Of a stretch of 64,000 nt of DNA, positions 11,136 to 25,233 are shown piece after piece (the first letter of the stretch is position 1; every line of letters begins with the position of its first letter). The position numbers and the translations under genes are program-made. The DNA is taken from assembly GCF_001194135.2 (NCBI RefSeq), contig NC_068988.1:70091085-70155084 (forward strand), in the 5' to 3' direction. The notes under the pieces are model-generated. The model searched no databases and was not told where the DNA came from. It saw only the letters and a list, made by a program, of their open reading frames with translations. The DNA is from Octopus bimaculoides. Its lineage: Eukaryota.

Positions 11136-13029
11136 CCTCGAAATAAAATTTAGTCATGAGTTGATTTGTATTCAGACCTCAGAATCAAGGTAAGTAGAGT
11201 TTGAGAGATAGTGTAATACTGTATAATAATCTGAGACAGAGTTGCAAAGTGTACCCTTAAGGTAAGATTTCATTAGATCCCTGCAATAAAGATTAAAACC
11301 AAATACACACACGCATACACACACCAATGGCTTACCATTTAATAACATTTGCAGTGTGTATAGAAGAATGACACTGTGCGCGTGTGAGAGGGGAGCGTGT
11401 ATATGTGAGTACGTTTCCATCTGTAAGTGTATTGGTACGTGTATGTGTATGTACAACTAGATAATTAAGAACGTATTACTTGATGAAAACACTTCAACAT
11501 TTAAAAAAAAATATTCATTTAATATTTATAGATTTCTTGCATTAGTTCAACAGTTTCTATTTCATAATTAAGTGCTGAAGGCAAGGGGAAACAGAAACAC
11601 TTAGAACCTAAACGAAATACAATCTCATTACAAAAAAGAAAGACACGGACATACACAGAAACGTAAACACTTTCTGATACACATATGGAAATTTGTACAT
11701 TGTACTTCTCAGTGTAAGGTTTCAAATTGCTTCTTGAAAGATAAGCATAATACTCAGAGACAGACCTGTTTATTGATAGATCATTATTGCAGCTAAATTT
11801 TGATGTAGTCATAGAAACACAACAGTACGTAAAGCCCACACATACAACTTGAAGTAATAAGAGAAACAGCAATAAATAAAAAACAGTATTTATGCGACTT
11901 TTATATTTAATTAAAAGCATACATATATTCATGTATATGTATCTGCGTGTTTACTATGACAATGGGGGATATTATTGCAACATAAAAGTCCAGAATCCAG
12001 AAGCTAATTAGAAAGCATAGCCATTACACTTGTAAATCAAAATGCTGATTCTAAACAAGACAAAACTTAAACCTTTTGCATAGCAGAATCAGAGATAATT
12101 GTGAAGCAGGTCAGATCTCGATCATATGTAAATTATTCAGATTATTGGTAACGTATTCCATAAACCATCTTAGATGAATAAAGCAGAGGTTTCTACGGAG
12201 GTCAGTTGAATAGTATGATCAGAGCTAAATATTAGTGATAGTGGTGGATTAGTCGAATCGTATGAATGTTGAACGAAAAGTCTTGCTGCCATTAGTTGCA
12301 GACTTTTATATTTTGTTCCAAATTCAAATCTCGTCGAGATCAATTTTTTCTTTCATCATTATAGGTCAATCTTTATCTATAATTCTTAAGTAGTGTAGGC
12401 ATGATGTTCCTTAGTTGTGCGTGGTGATTCTACTGGATATTCAGTAATGGGCATTTGGCGGGCTTAGAGGTTTTTGAAAATGAATCCGAAACGATATGTA
12501 ACATAAGAATCATTTGGTATTATTTGGACCGAATAAGAAAAAAAAAAACAAAAAACATTAAAAGAATATTTGATACAAGAGAAAACATTGTGGTCAACAA
12601 AAAACTAAAGAATACGGCGAGATTTCGTAATTTATGAGGAGCTATTTTGAAGCGATACTTCAAGCAGTAGTTTGTTGAATGTCAACATGGTTAAGATGGT
12701 TTCAAAAATGGTCCTAAAAAGGTAGAACAGATTTAACGAAAAACAATTGCTAGTAGATATGTAGCCACTAGCTGTGCATTTAGTGGATAAGGCAAGAGCT
12801 TTAAATGATACGCAAAACATAATTTTTCGCAACATCTTAATAATATTGAGGTAGGAGGATATAATTCTTGCTGCATACTACGAAGAGCATTAAAGTTTCT
12901 TTTCCACTTACATCTGCTATCTGAGTCTAACTGCGAATAATGAAGAATTTAATTGGTTTTGATTTAGACAGTGAAGGTGTTTAATTCAGAACTTACTCTT
13001 ATGCTTCATTTACTTCTCTGTTGTTTCTA

Positions 13030-13262
13030 AGCATACATACATACATACATGCATACATACACGCATACACATACATACATACATGCATACATACACGCAT
13101 ACACGCACATACATACATAAATACACACATACATACATGCATACATACATACACGCATACACACATACATAAATACATACATACACACATACATACATAT
13201 ATACATACATACACGCATACACACATACATGCATACATACATACATACATACATACATATGC
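13030..13262. repeat. (CATA)n-type compound microsatellite
   Basis: Direct reading. Confidence 0.95.
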
Positions 13263-14133
13263 AGTTGCAATATATTGTGTTTGCAATCCAGGAACGAGAG
13301 ATTGCTACAAAGTACCTGGTGAACAAGAGAGACAGTGACGCTCTTGTAATCCCAAGGTGCAACCGCATGTGTAGGCTATGTCATGTTTCTGTGGAAGNNN
13401 NNNNNNNAGACAGTGACGCTCTTGTAATCCCAAGGTGCAACCGCATGTGTAGGCTATGTCATGTTTCTGTGGAAGACATTACGCATGTAACTAGCAGCTG
13501 TCCTAAAATGTCGTCACGGTACTACCTCCCTATGCGGCGCGATGTTGTTGCTAAAACAATTTACAATACCATCCGCAAAAAAGTTTGTCCTGAAATAAAC
13601 TTAGAAAATCCCTGTTATGGAAACACATACATAAACACCAACTCAAGGAATACTAGTGGAATATTCCCATCAAAACCTCTGTCAAATGTAAACATAACAG
13701 GTCGCATATTGTCGTTTGGGACAGAAGGGCAAAGGGATAGAGGTCAGCTGCCCTGCAAATATACATATCTCTGAAAATCGAAGAAAAAAAAAAGGATATT
13801 TGTAGACAACTGCTTTGAAACCTCCAGCTTTTATATCCAGACTATGAATTGACATTCATACCAATAATAATTGGAACACTAAGTTTTGTTAGTAAATGCT
13901 TAAAGGAGAATCTGGATAAATTGGGATTTTCAGAAAGAAAATCGACCGGCCAATTCGTACATTACAAGTGCAATCTGTGAGTGGAACAATAAAAATAGGC
14001 AAGACTTTTCTCAAGTAACAAAAATGTGAATTTGTCTGTGTTAACAACATCCCAAAGATGGATCCATGTATCTTTGTTGGAAACCGGCTTCCTTCTCAGT
14101 AGAAGGTTTATAATGATTAAAAAATAGAAGAAA
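13263..14133 (+). mobile_element. RLE-type non-LTR retrotransposon 3' part (R4/Dong-like), decayed
   Basis: FAIQEREIATKY, CCHC knuckle CRLCHVSVEDITHVTSSC, then YWWNIPIKT…HNRSHIVVWD (decayed PD motif), FIPIIIGTL, ending …GTIKIGKTFLK* at 14018. Confidence 0.85.
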
Positions 14134-14141
14134 CATACATG

Positions 14142-14300
14142 CAAGCAGGCTTCTCAAAACCAGAAAGGAGAAAGCTCATTCGAAGACTACAGATCCAATC
14201 CATCACTGGAACCGTAAAAATCTGTAAAACTTCTCCAGAAGATTATCATTCAAATATGTTAGCATGTCTAGATATGAAACTATAAGTATGAGAATACATA
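14142..14300 (+). mobile_element. Extreme 3' end of a second, related RLE LINE subfamily
   Basis: AGFSKPERRKLIRRLQIQSITGTVKICKT aligns with LGFSERKIDRPIRTLQVQSVSGTIKIGKT of the preceding element. Followed by CATA repeats. Confidence 0.75.
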
Positions 14301-14457
14301 CATAAAGCAAACATACATACATACATACGTATATACATAGACGTACATGCTTGCACTCGCACAAGCACACTTTTATGCACAAACACACGAGCACACGAAC
14401 AGACACTAAGGTAGACATACAACCTGCAAATCACATATACTCAAACGTACACAACAA

Positions 14458-14459
<2 letters not shown>

Positions 14460-14489
<30 letters not shown>

Positions 14490-14490
14490 G

Positions 14491-14555
<65 letters not shown>
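14460..14555. repeat. (CA)n microsatellite
   Basis: Direct reading. Confidence 0.95.
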
Positions 14556-14559
<4 letters not shown>

Positions 14560-16689
14560 AGAGTTACAAATAGGCTGTGACAGGTTTTTAGTCCACAAGT
14601 TCATTATTGCAGGACATTTAAAGACGATTAGTAAAACTCAGGGAATGAAAAAATCGTATATTAATTACAAATTAAAATGGAAAGATCTATTAAGAAGACG
14701 AAAATATTGCAACGATATTCAATTGTAGCGACTGAACTGATAATTACTTGCAAAATTAATGGAAATCTTCCTCCCATTCTCCTTCTCTTCTACACTCGTT
14801 TCGTATTTTTCTCCTAATCTATTCCTCTTTCCCTAATCTTATTCCGAGGGTAAAAGTATATGTGTTGGATATGTTGTTTACTCTCTCAGTAAGACACAAC
14901 TTTTTTTCCCCCGAAAGTGGTCTACAAACTTCACGAGAAAAATGCATGAACCAATTATAAATTTAGTTTTACATCCTTTTAGATTTCAGATTACGCTGCG
15001 AAAATTAATACTTATTTATTCATATTGTTCTTGAGATTTCGATGATGTAATTGTTTATTTTAAGAATGACATTGTAGGGTAGGTGTGAGTGAACAGTTGT
15101 GACTGATTTGAACAAAAACAGGTAGAACATTTGGGTCGGATATGACCGGTTTAAATGGTAAAGGGGTGATTATATTATATCGCAAAACATTAGACAAATA
15201 TATTAAATTAAGAAATTCATCATGTATGATAAAATACATGAACAATCATGTGTAAAATACGCTTGCTTTTAAATGATATACAATTTAGATTGTATTATGT
15301 ACAAGTCAGTGACTTGCTTGGTCGAATGAATCTAGTGTGAAGCTTGAAGACATTAGTAAGGACTACTGATGATCCATCTTTATCAAACTGTGCTATATTG
15401 CATAGTGACAGCTCTTAAAAATATACAGTAAATGAAGTAGACGGAGTTTAGGGAGATAAATCAATTATACAACCTGGAGTATGCAGACTTCAACTGGAAA
15501 AAGACCAAACCAATATAGTGTAGATAAGATCTCGCTGTTATGGATACGACAGCATTACATGAAAAGAACAACGAGAGCTATTCTCTGTAGCAGGGAAAGG
15601 GTACAGTATTGTGCACTCATGAGATCATTAAAAAATACTGGACAAATTAAATAATAGAAATATTGAGAAAACACATCTTCAGTGTGGTACTAAGTTGATC
15701 ATAGTGATCAACTTAGAATATATTTCGCTAACTTGAGCGAAATTAGTTCGTAACATTATCATTAAAGAAACAACTCACACTGCACAACATTTAGAAATAC
15801 ATTTCAAGCAGAAGGAAAATTTGATATGTACAAACTGTTCAGGATGCTTACTAGTTACTTATTTTCTTAGATAAGCAAACAGTTTCATATAACATAACAA
15901 GGCCTTTCTGCTGTTTCTATTTAATTAAAGCTATTCTGACAATATTCTTATGCCACCATTCTAATTCTGAATCGTTCTATATTTTCTAATTATGTTTCAA
16001 AAACCTGTTGCAAATACCATGCCCCAAAATTAATTAGTTTCCGTAATTCTTTTTAAGATGACCATATACTTTTCAGAATGCTTTAGACCCGTCATATTTT
16101 TATCGCTTCGAGCATATACAGTTGTTGGTCATATTTTCTCTATGTTTTTGTGTGTCTACATCCATACAGTAGTAAACATAGAAAAGCCATAAAATCTTAC
16201 AGAAGAAAAATCTTAGAAAATATACATATGTTGCTAATCACACAATATATTTTTATAAATGAAGAAAGTACTATTTTGAACGATTTGTAGCATTTTGTTT
16301 TAATTCTTCGTTTGAATAAATGTTGTAGCACTGATAAAAAACATAGAGCACAAACGTTATTCTCGTAAACGCTTATAAAATGACGTCCAAACAATATCTG
16401 TTTAGACTTTTGCAGATGCTTTTGAACTTTATACAAGCCATAAAAATTAAATATTCAAATATTGATTTCATAAGATCATATAACGAACATTAAGAAGCCA
16501 AATTTATTCATGATAATCACATACAGAATTATTTCCATACGGGACTTAGCGTCAACTTTAAAAAAGAATTCTAAAATACTTTAGTATTGAAATGTGGGTT
16601 TTGAGTTCAAATCCAAGGATATACGCAAAAATATATATCATTCATATATATATGGTGTTTATCTTTTTACTGCAGCCTTGAGGGAGTTA

Positions 16690-17045
16690 ACTCGAACGAA
16701 GCGACCACTGTACTTTCTTTTAAAAGGCTGGTACATATTCTACTAGTCTTTTTTGCTGAACCGTTACACCACGGGGACGTAACAAGCCAAAACCAATTGT
16801 CAAACGATGGTGGAGACAAGCACATACACAAAGACAAGCATACAGCGGTTGCGTATAAGAGATGGAGAGAGATAGAGACGACGGGCTTCTTTCAGTTTCT
16901 GTCTAACTAATCCACTCACAAGGCTTTGGTCGGCCCGAATCTATTGTAGAATACACTTGCTGAAGGTTCCACCAGTGCAACTGAATCAAGTTCAAAGTGG
17001 TTGTGAAACAAATTACTTACCATACGGCAACACCTGCGCTTTCCC
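16690..17045 (-). mobile_element. SINE family A, diverged, with head
   Basis: GACGGGCTTCTTTCAGTTTC…CCACTCACAAGGCTTTGGTCGGCCCG. The head GCGCAGG.GT.GC.GT.TGGTAAGTA is on the minus strand. Confidence 0.85.
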
Positions 17046-17269
17046 ACACATGTGTGGGTGTATATGCAGAAATAGAACACAAAAGAAACCAAACATCGAA
17101 TCAAATAGGCAATACATCGAATACTCTTGCTCATTTCAGAACTTTTATACGTACATAAGTATGAACAAGATATGGTTCGAGAAAACACGCTTATTACATA
17201 ATACAACCGTTTTATCTCCTCTAGCAACTCGAGACAGCTTTTCCAACGCGTGAAATTAATTCTGAAGCA

Positions 17270-20200
17270 CGACTGACTCTTCACTCTTCCAGAGACTCAA
17301 TGCACTATTGAGAGTATGACTCCAAGTCACCCAGAAATGTACATTAGAAACATCCCTTACAGTAGCAGTGCTGGTCCAGCCTTTCCCTGGAACTCAGATG
17401 TCACCCAGATATCCACTGGGGACAATAGTAAAATCAACAAACACAAACCATGTAACCATATCCAACAGTGCAACCATAACTCCAGACACCAACCCCTACC
17501 AAAACGAGAAAATTCTGTTTTAGCCATGATGAATCTGGCAAAAAATATTACAAGAAAAATGTTTTAGCTTTCATACAGTATTAACCTCTACAGTTACCCC
17601 ACCGCTGCTGTCATTAATCCACACACCCAGCTCAATAATAATGCTGAATGTACATGATCTTTCACAATTCACAAATCAAACAAAAATATCATATCTCAGA
17701 GATCTTGCACACAGAGAAAAGGCAATATGTGTAGCACTAAGTGAAACACACCTGACGTCAGACATATTGGATGCGAAAGTGCATATGTCAGGTTATTTAT
17801 TACACAGAACTGACCGCATACGGAAAGAAGGAGTAGCGCTCTTCATCTGTGAAAATCTGGCAACAAATGTCCTCCTCTCCTATTCTAACAGTTTGCGATA
17901 CACTAATAATTCAAGTGATTGACCTTGATTTGATCAAAGGCATTACTCACCGTCCTCCTGATGCGGCTAACCACGGAGATCACTTCAGTAATGCTTTGTC
18001 GATCATAAGTCAGACCCTAAGTGAGGCCAGCCCACAGGCCAATGTACTTTTAATTAAAAGGGGACTTTAATTTTCCTAGTCTCAGCTAGTCCGAGAACTA
18101 CATCCAGCCGGAAACTATACAAGAGAGATATGAACACCCTCGCGATACCACTAATGACTTTCTCATGCAACAAATCATTACTTCTCTAATTTAGGTAAAT
18201 GACACACTCGACCTAGACTTTACTACCTATACAAACTTCATTCACAATATTCATGTAATTTCAACAGCTATTTCTGACGACAACATTATACAATTATCTA
18301 TGTATGGTTCAAAGTGGGCAACACATACACACAAATAATATCAAGCATAATTCATTCCTCATGCACTTGAATTTCAGGAATCCAAGTGGACGGAAATTGA
18401 AACAAATTGGTCTCAGCATATTGGCAACCTCAATGTTAATGAGGAATGAACCTTCTGTACGAAGCGTTAATCAAGGTCTGTCGAAAGTATGTCGATTCCC
18501 GGAAAAACATGATTTAACGAGATAGACGGATACTAATACGTAACAGAATCAAACTAACAAAACAACTAAAAAAAAACCAAACTCTCTCAACAAATGAGAT
18601 AGCGAAAAAAGAAAAAAAACAAATAACATCTCACTGGACCTAAAAATACTTTAGGAAACATAAACTTCGCTAAAGGAACATCGAACAGTAGAGAATATAA
18701 AGTCTAATGCCAAGTTCTTTTTCCCCTTTGCTACGCAAAAATCTTCTACACACAACTAGTTTGGCCGTCTAATGGAGCTAAATGGATCATATACTAATTC
18801 TCCATAACAAAAACGCGGACTCTTGAGTTGATATAACAGTGTACATATTTTCCCAGCCTGTAAAAAATAAAATAGTACATAATCCAAACGAATTGCTTTG
18901 CCCCAGAATTCAACTGCAGAGACGTGTCGAGAAATGGATGATATTATGGAAGATGATATAGTTGCAGCTAGTAATGACCTATATTCAAGCTCAGCATCTG
19001 AACCAGATGGTCTCTCAACCATATTGTTAAAAACGTGCAAAAACAGACTCGCCAAACCATTAAAGACGCTATCTCAAAAGTTGCTTGATACCGGCATATT
19101 CTCAGAATTACTGAAGGACACAATAGTAAGACCTATACACAATGGAGGCAGCAGGGCTGAAACTAAAAATTACAGACATCTCACATCTCATACATTCGAA
19201 ATTGTTGAACGCATTGTTCGAAAAAGAATAATTACGTCCCTTGAGGAAAACAACTTCTTAAATGATATATGGTTTTCGGTTTGGACGAAGTTATCTGACA
19301 CAACTATTATAGCACCTTAACGCAATCCTCAGTAATCTCTTGAAAGGAAGGAACTCTGATTGTATATACCTTGATTTTACAAAGCATTTGACAAGATTGG
19401 CCATGGAATCAGGTTTTATAGGTTAAAGGATCTCGGCACCACAAATAAACTCGGAAAATGGCGCTTCTATTTCCTACGTGCTAGAAATCAATCTGCTGCT
19501 ATAAATGGTTTTCCCTCTGCAAAGGCACCTGTATTAAGTAACGTACCCCCAAGGCACGGTTCAAGGACCATTATTATTTACCATCACCCTATCAGGTATA
19601 ATCTCACAAGTGCATTCGGTCAAACTAACGAGTTACGCTGATGGCACAAACATATCGATGACAATCCAAATTCCAGAAGATGGTGTCACACTCCAATATG
19701 AGCTAAATCTGATTTATCAATGGGCAGATAAAAACAAAACAAAATTTGAAACTTAATCTATCAAAATTTCATATTCTTCAATTTGGAGGAAATACACACA
19801 AATCCACAATATTTGACATAAGATAACATAATGATTCAGAACGCGGCTTAGAAGTAATGATGTCAAATTATGTATCTCATTCGGGGCTTAGAAGTAGTGA
19901 TGTCAAATTATGTATTTTTCATCAGCCACATCACCAAACTTACTTCTAAATGCAGACATCTCATAGGATTCACCCTATGAAACAGCGTGACAAGAGAACT
20001 GGTAGGTATGTTGACTTTTGGAAAACCTTAGTTTTGAGCTGAATAGATTACAGCTCACACCATTTTTTCTCCGAACTCATCCCGTCTCATAGAAGAAATT
20101 GAAGTGTTACAAAGCACGTTCACCAGTAAAATAACTTCGGTTAAAGTCCTTAATTACTGGGAACATCTAAAAGATTTGCGTCTCTACTCTCCTGAACGCC

Positions 20201-20560
20201 GAAGTGAGAGAGATATGCTATCATATATGCATGGAAAATCTTGGAGAAGCATGTTCCAAACTTCGGCATTAGAGGAACTATTAATGTACGAACTGGTAGA
20301 TGCTGTCAGCTTCCAAATATACCACCTTCGATATCACAGGCAAAAGCACTATTGTACCAGTCCTGTATTCGGTGGCCTTCAACTGTTCAACACCTACCAA
20401 AAGAAGTCAGAAGTATAAAAGGGACTTCTACTGAGGCATTAAAGAACTTTGGATAAACTCCTAACGACGATACCGGTGCATTCAACCATTTAAGGGTACA
20501 TTCAGAGAAGATCAATCTGTATCAAAAATCAACTTTCAGTCATAAAGTGACAACAAAACA
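17270..20560 (+). mobile_element. CR1-group LINE, near-complete ORF2 (APE endonuclease plus RT), heavily frameshifted
   Basis: APE: ALSETHL, HRTDR…EGVALF. RT: ASEPDG…LKTCKNRLAKPL, KNYRHLTS, YLDFTKAFDKI, YADGT. C-terminus: LKDLRLYSPERR. Confidence 0.9.
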
Positions 20561-20829
20561 AAGATTACGATGAATTAATACATCGCATCACTATTATTTC
20601 ACCATTACTCTTAAGTTAAGGCTCATCAGGTATGAACGCAATGAATTTACACATTTTTATATGCACTCCTCGGATATTCAAGGATACCCAGATGTATCTT
20701 CAGTAATACGATCGGTTTCCGCCATAAACTCGTGCCTGGTAGCTGATATCTGTAGATGGGCTTTCGTAAGCAAACAAGGTTCATGCCTAAATTGAGCCTC
20801 AGCATCGCAAACTGCAATTTTTTTTTCCA

Positions 20830-23530
20830 CTCCTCTACTTTGGGCTAGAGATGCTGTGATTTGGTTCGCGCAAATGGAACTTCAATTTTTAGCCAACAAA
20901 TACAGTCAGAATCTCATTAACACGATATATTAATAAATGTTCTTCAACGACCCGAAGCGGTGAGCTAAATGACGTAATTACAGCACTTACAGGTGCAATT
21001 TCATATCAGGAAATTAAATTAGAGATATTAAAACGCACGTCCAGTTCTCTTAGCATTTCGATGAACGTCTTCCCAGTGAAACCTTGGAGGATAAAAGGCC
21101 TTCAAAACTATTACGAAGAGTGAAGGACCTTCTATTTCCCAAATGAATCTATCTTTCATGAAATATTTGTTCCTTTCACGTTTACTGTCAAATGTATAGA
21201 CAATTATAGCATCTATTAGAGACTGTAGTTTTGTTGATAAACTAGCATAGTTAGCGATATATCACCTCTAGCTCCGTCTACTCCTTTCAGCTTGCTTTAT
21301 TTCTTCAGAAATGGCAGCGTTCTTTAAGTTTACCGAAGACATGTAAAAAATCGAACAGCTTGGAGCACTTTTTCTGCGCATTCGATTTTACGTTCCAGAA
21401 AATTGGTGAGGATAAACGCTCCTCTAGTTTTTGTAGGAGAAATCCTACAGTGTTGGTATCGCAGGCTCATTGCTACGTGCCCCCTTGGTCTTTTAAATCT
21501 GCTTCCAAGCAACCGAAAAACGTAGACGCCAAACAATAATGTTAACTGTATCCCTGGTACTTCTAAAATAAGTCGCTTAGTTTATCTTTCTGACTCTCTT
21601 CGAAATCTCGTTCGTCTTAGACGTCTTACTCTAGCCAGAATGAAAATTGATGAAGATGCATTTAACCGAAACTCTGTATTATTCAAACTTCTTCTAGTAA
21701 TTGATCTCCTCTTTATGTAGTACCGAAAGATAGTGAAGTTGATTGGCATCTCTATGGGAATTATAAGATTTTAAATGCCAAAATGGTGTCAGATAAATAT
21801 CCTATTCCTGACATTCCTGATTGTTTATCTCCTCTGCATAGAGATAGAGTTGTTTTGAAGATATCGAGATTTCGATATAATCCAGTCACATTCATACGAC
21901 ATCTGTTATCACATCTTTTAGACTACATGAATTCGTCAGAATGCCTTATGGGATCAGGAATTCTGCAAATGTCTGCTAGATTTATTGATGAATTGAACCA
22001 CAGTTTTAATTCTGCTTTCTTTTTTATATCAATGATTTATTGGTCACTACCACTTCGGAATCGGAACACGAATATCAGGTAAATAATCTCTTTACTAAAT
22101 TAGCACATTACGGAGTTTTTATTAACCCTAGTAAATGTCTCTTAGTTGTTTCAACTTAAATCTTTTTAGACCACAACACTGTTAGCAGTGTTTTAGTACT
22201 ATGATAGAAAGAGTAGAGATAATTGTACGATTTCCAACTCCTACTTCGATATGAATATTACATGAATCTCTTGGCTTAATGAATTTCTACAGATGGCTTA
22301 TTTCTCTCTGTGCTGAAACGACTGAATTGTTTCGCAAAATGACAGTCGCTTAAGATGACAAAGAAATTATTCAGGCCACTTTATTGACTCACCCGATATC
22401 CGATGGATCCTTTTTTCTGCCAGTGAATGCTCCTGACGTGGGAATTGGTTTTTTACGACGAGTTATTCAAGATTCTTGGCGATTTTGTTTCTGTTTTTCT
22501 TGAAGCGTTTGAAACTGACTGAGTCTAGACATAGTACTTTCGGTTGGAATTGTTAGCAGTATATTAATCAGTTAAGCACTTTCACCATTTTCAGGAAGGA
22601 AGAAACTTTGTCATATATGCTGGTCATGAACCTTTAACTTTGCTTTTCAGTCTAAACTTGGTAAATATTCTCCAAGGGTAATTAAGTATCTTGATTTTGT
22701 ATTGCAGATAACGACCGATATTTGTTATATCAATGGATCTAATAAATACACAGTTGATGCTACATCCTGAGTTCACGTGAATTCTCTGCACTCCAGTGAT
22801 TCTATTGATTTGGAAAAAAGGCTATGGACATAGAATCAGATGAAGAACTAGTACAGTTAAATAATTCCGTGGCACCTTCTTTAGAGTTCTGTCCTGTTAT
22901 TCTGCCTATTTCAACAAAATATATTTGGTGTGATATTTCTACTGGTCTTCAACAAACTTCTAAGCCTCCTAAATATAGAAACTCAGTCTGCTCTTTATAA
23001 TTTATCCCGTCTATGATTTGCAACATCGAAAAATTCATTTCAGCTTGATTCGTTTAGCCAATTATAAACAGAAATACTCATTATCGGAAAAGGAATAGTG
23101 TATTTCATCAAACAAAAAAAGTTCATCAACGCATGAGAGATCACACAGGAATTTCTGCCACACTGGATGCTCATTTTCAACACATACACGCAAATCTTCT
23201 TGGATCCTTATCACCTATTCAGCACTTTACGTATCTGATGGTCTGTATTGATTGTTTCTGTAAGTGGCCTGAAACCGTTCCGTGTAGAGGTTTTTCATCT
23301 GTAACGGTAGCGTAAGTGTTGTTTTCCGCAGGATTTCACGTTTTGGAACTTCAGCAACAATAACAACCCACAGAGGCCATCAATTCGAATCTAGTTTTTC
23401 ACTCAGCTAAGCAAATTGCCGAGCACAAAGTGGATTCGTTCTACAGCCTATCATTCTGAGGCAAAGAAATTGCTAGAACGTTTCCACCACCAACTAAAAC
23501 ATTATTTAATGCATGTGGCAACACCAATGG
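20830..23530 (+). mobile_element. Ty3/Gypsy LTR retrotransposon internal remnant (gag, RT, RNase H, integrase)
   Basis: Gag FWARDAVIWFAQME and LEDKRPSKLLRR; RT DKYPIPDI; RNase H VKHFHHFQEGRNFVIY; integrase HFQHIHANLLG…CIDCFCKWPE and TAYH…ERFHHQLK. LTRs not identified. Confidence 0.85.
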
Positions 23531-23555
23531 ATGGTTGGAATTTTGGAACATTTGT

Positions 23556-23981
23556 CTTTTATTCTATTTTACTCTTTACTCTATTTACTCTTTTACTTGT
23601 TTCAGTTATTTGACTGCGGCCATGCTGGAGCACCGCCTTTAGTCGAGCAAATCGACTCCAGGACTTATTCTTTGGATGCCTAGTACTTATTCTATCGGTC
23701 TCTTTTGCCGAACTGCTAAGTTACGGGGACCTAAATACACCACCATCGGTTGTCAAGCGATGTTGGGGGGACAAACACAGACACACAAACATATACATAT
23801 ATATATATGCATATATACGACAGGCTTCTTTCAGTTTCCGTCTACCAAATCCACTCACAAGGCTTTGGTCGGCCCGAGGCTATAGTAGAAGACACTCACC
23901 CATGGTGCCACGCAGTGGGAATGAACCCGGAACCATGTGGTTGGTAAGCAAGCTACTTACCACACAGCCACTCCTGCGCCT
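23556..23981 (-). mobile_element. SINE family A, full length (tRNA-derived head)
   Basis: Minus strand: AGGCGCAGGAGTGGCTGTGTGG (A-box-like), GGTTCATTCCC (B-box-like), core, central TA/TG tract, and (AGAGTAAA)n tail. Confidence 0.92.
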
Positions 23982-24605
23982 ATATTTTGTCGAAGAAAAC
24001 TGATAAAGGCTGACCTAAAACAATTCCAGCGGAATTGTTTTATGACATCACCTTTGTTTCCCAACCGGAAAGATGCTGACAATTGTCATCACAGTCATAC
24101 AACCCACCATCATCATTCTATCACAACCTGGTCTCATGCATTTGTCTGTAACGAAGCGGTGCAAGTGCCTCTACATTCACCATATACCAGATTTTATCGT
24201 GTCTTACAGGCATGGTATAAATGTATTATCAATGCATATATTAAAAAAGAGACAGCGTCGATAGAATTTTAAAATGTGTACATTGATGTAAATGCGACTG
24301 AAACAGTCACATCTTTACACATAACATCAAAATCACTTATACATAAACAGACACCCTCAGGACACAAAGTTATTGCTCCTAAAAAAGATATTATTACTAA
24401 AACTGACTGGCGAATACATTGATCTTTTAATTACACACACATGTATTATGTATAGTATCATGTATATATGCTATAACAATTTATACATATAGTGGACTAT
24501 TCTGAACTTTGTATCTATTGTGAACTTGTCGTTATGTTTTATGATATGATACGTATTTCTTCTAGTGGTTCTAACTACTGATCTTTTTGGTATGTGTAAA
24601 TGTTT

Positions 24606-24888
24606 TCATTTCGTCTGCGTTATAACAAATTCACTGCAAGTGGATTCTTGTAACGAGGCTCCAACTGAATTTTGAACCTTTACTTTGGGATTTCCTAGCT
24701 CACGACCACGGCCTACCGTACTGCAAAAAAAAAATTTAAAAAAGGCAAGGCCAGATTAGTAAAAATGTGCTGCCATAAAAGGCATTAACATCTACACAAA
24801 CATGGCTCAGTCAGTCATATCAGCTGGTGTGTAACTAAGTGAACCGAAATCTTACCACCAAATACTATATTCAAAGTTTCTTGAAGCC
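24606..24888 (-). CDS. Candidate two-exon fragment (24888-24856 and 24720-24606): RASRNFEYSIWC TVGRGRELGNPKVKVQ…TQTK*
   Basis: Acceptor …CCCCACAG, donor GTG|GTAAGA, a 135-nt intron, and a T10-GCAG acceptor. The phase-2 frame is open across the junction. No homology recognised. Confidence 0.25.
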
Positions 24889-25089
24889 CTGTGGGGCGTT
24901 ATAAAAACTGGGATTTTTAGTTCTTTGATAGAATAGCCTCAGGTGACATACAGAACCCTTTTGGTAAATTTTATGATAAGTTATTCTCGGTTATTCTATT
25001 TACTCTTTCTCTAATAAACATGAACGATTTTCGTATAGATAATTAAAATATTTTATACAATAATAAAGACTTAACTGTCACAGTGACAG

Positions 25090-25215
25090 TGGTTAAGATA
25101 CCTGCTTTTCTACCTCGCAGTTTAGAGTTCAATCCCACTGTGCGGCACATTAGGAAAATGTCTTCTACCATGGCCCCGGGCCGACAAGTGCTTTCGTAGA
25201 CGGAAACTGCGTGGA
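25090..25215 (+). mobile_element. SINE family A head fragment
   Basis: GAGTTCAATCCCACTGTGCGGCAC…GTCTTCTACCATGGCCCCGGGCCGAC. Confidence 0.75.
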
Positions 25216-25233
25216 ATCTCATTATATATATTT

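Noticed and set aside
13330-13475. 68-bp direct repeat inside the R4-like element
   Set aside because: Identical copies on either side of a 10-N gap; typical unmerged contig overlap.
20590-20632. Second hammerhead-like string on the minus strand (CTGATGA-GCC…GGT-GAAA)
   Set aside because: Stem III, the cleavage triplet and stem I cannot be paired canonically; at best a decayed relic.
23900-23981. tRNA-like sequence with A and B boxes
   Set aside because: It is the head of a multicopy SINE and continues into the SINE core; I cannot fold a full cloverleaf.
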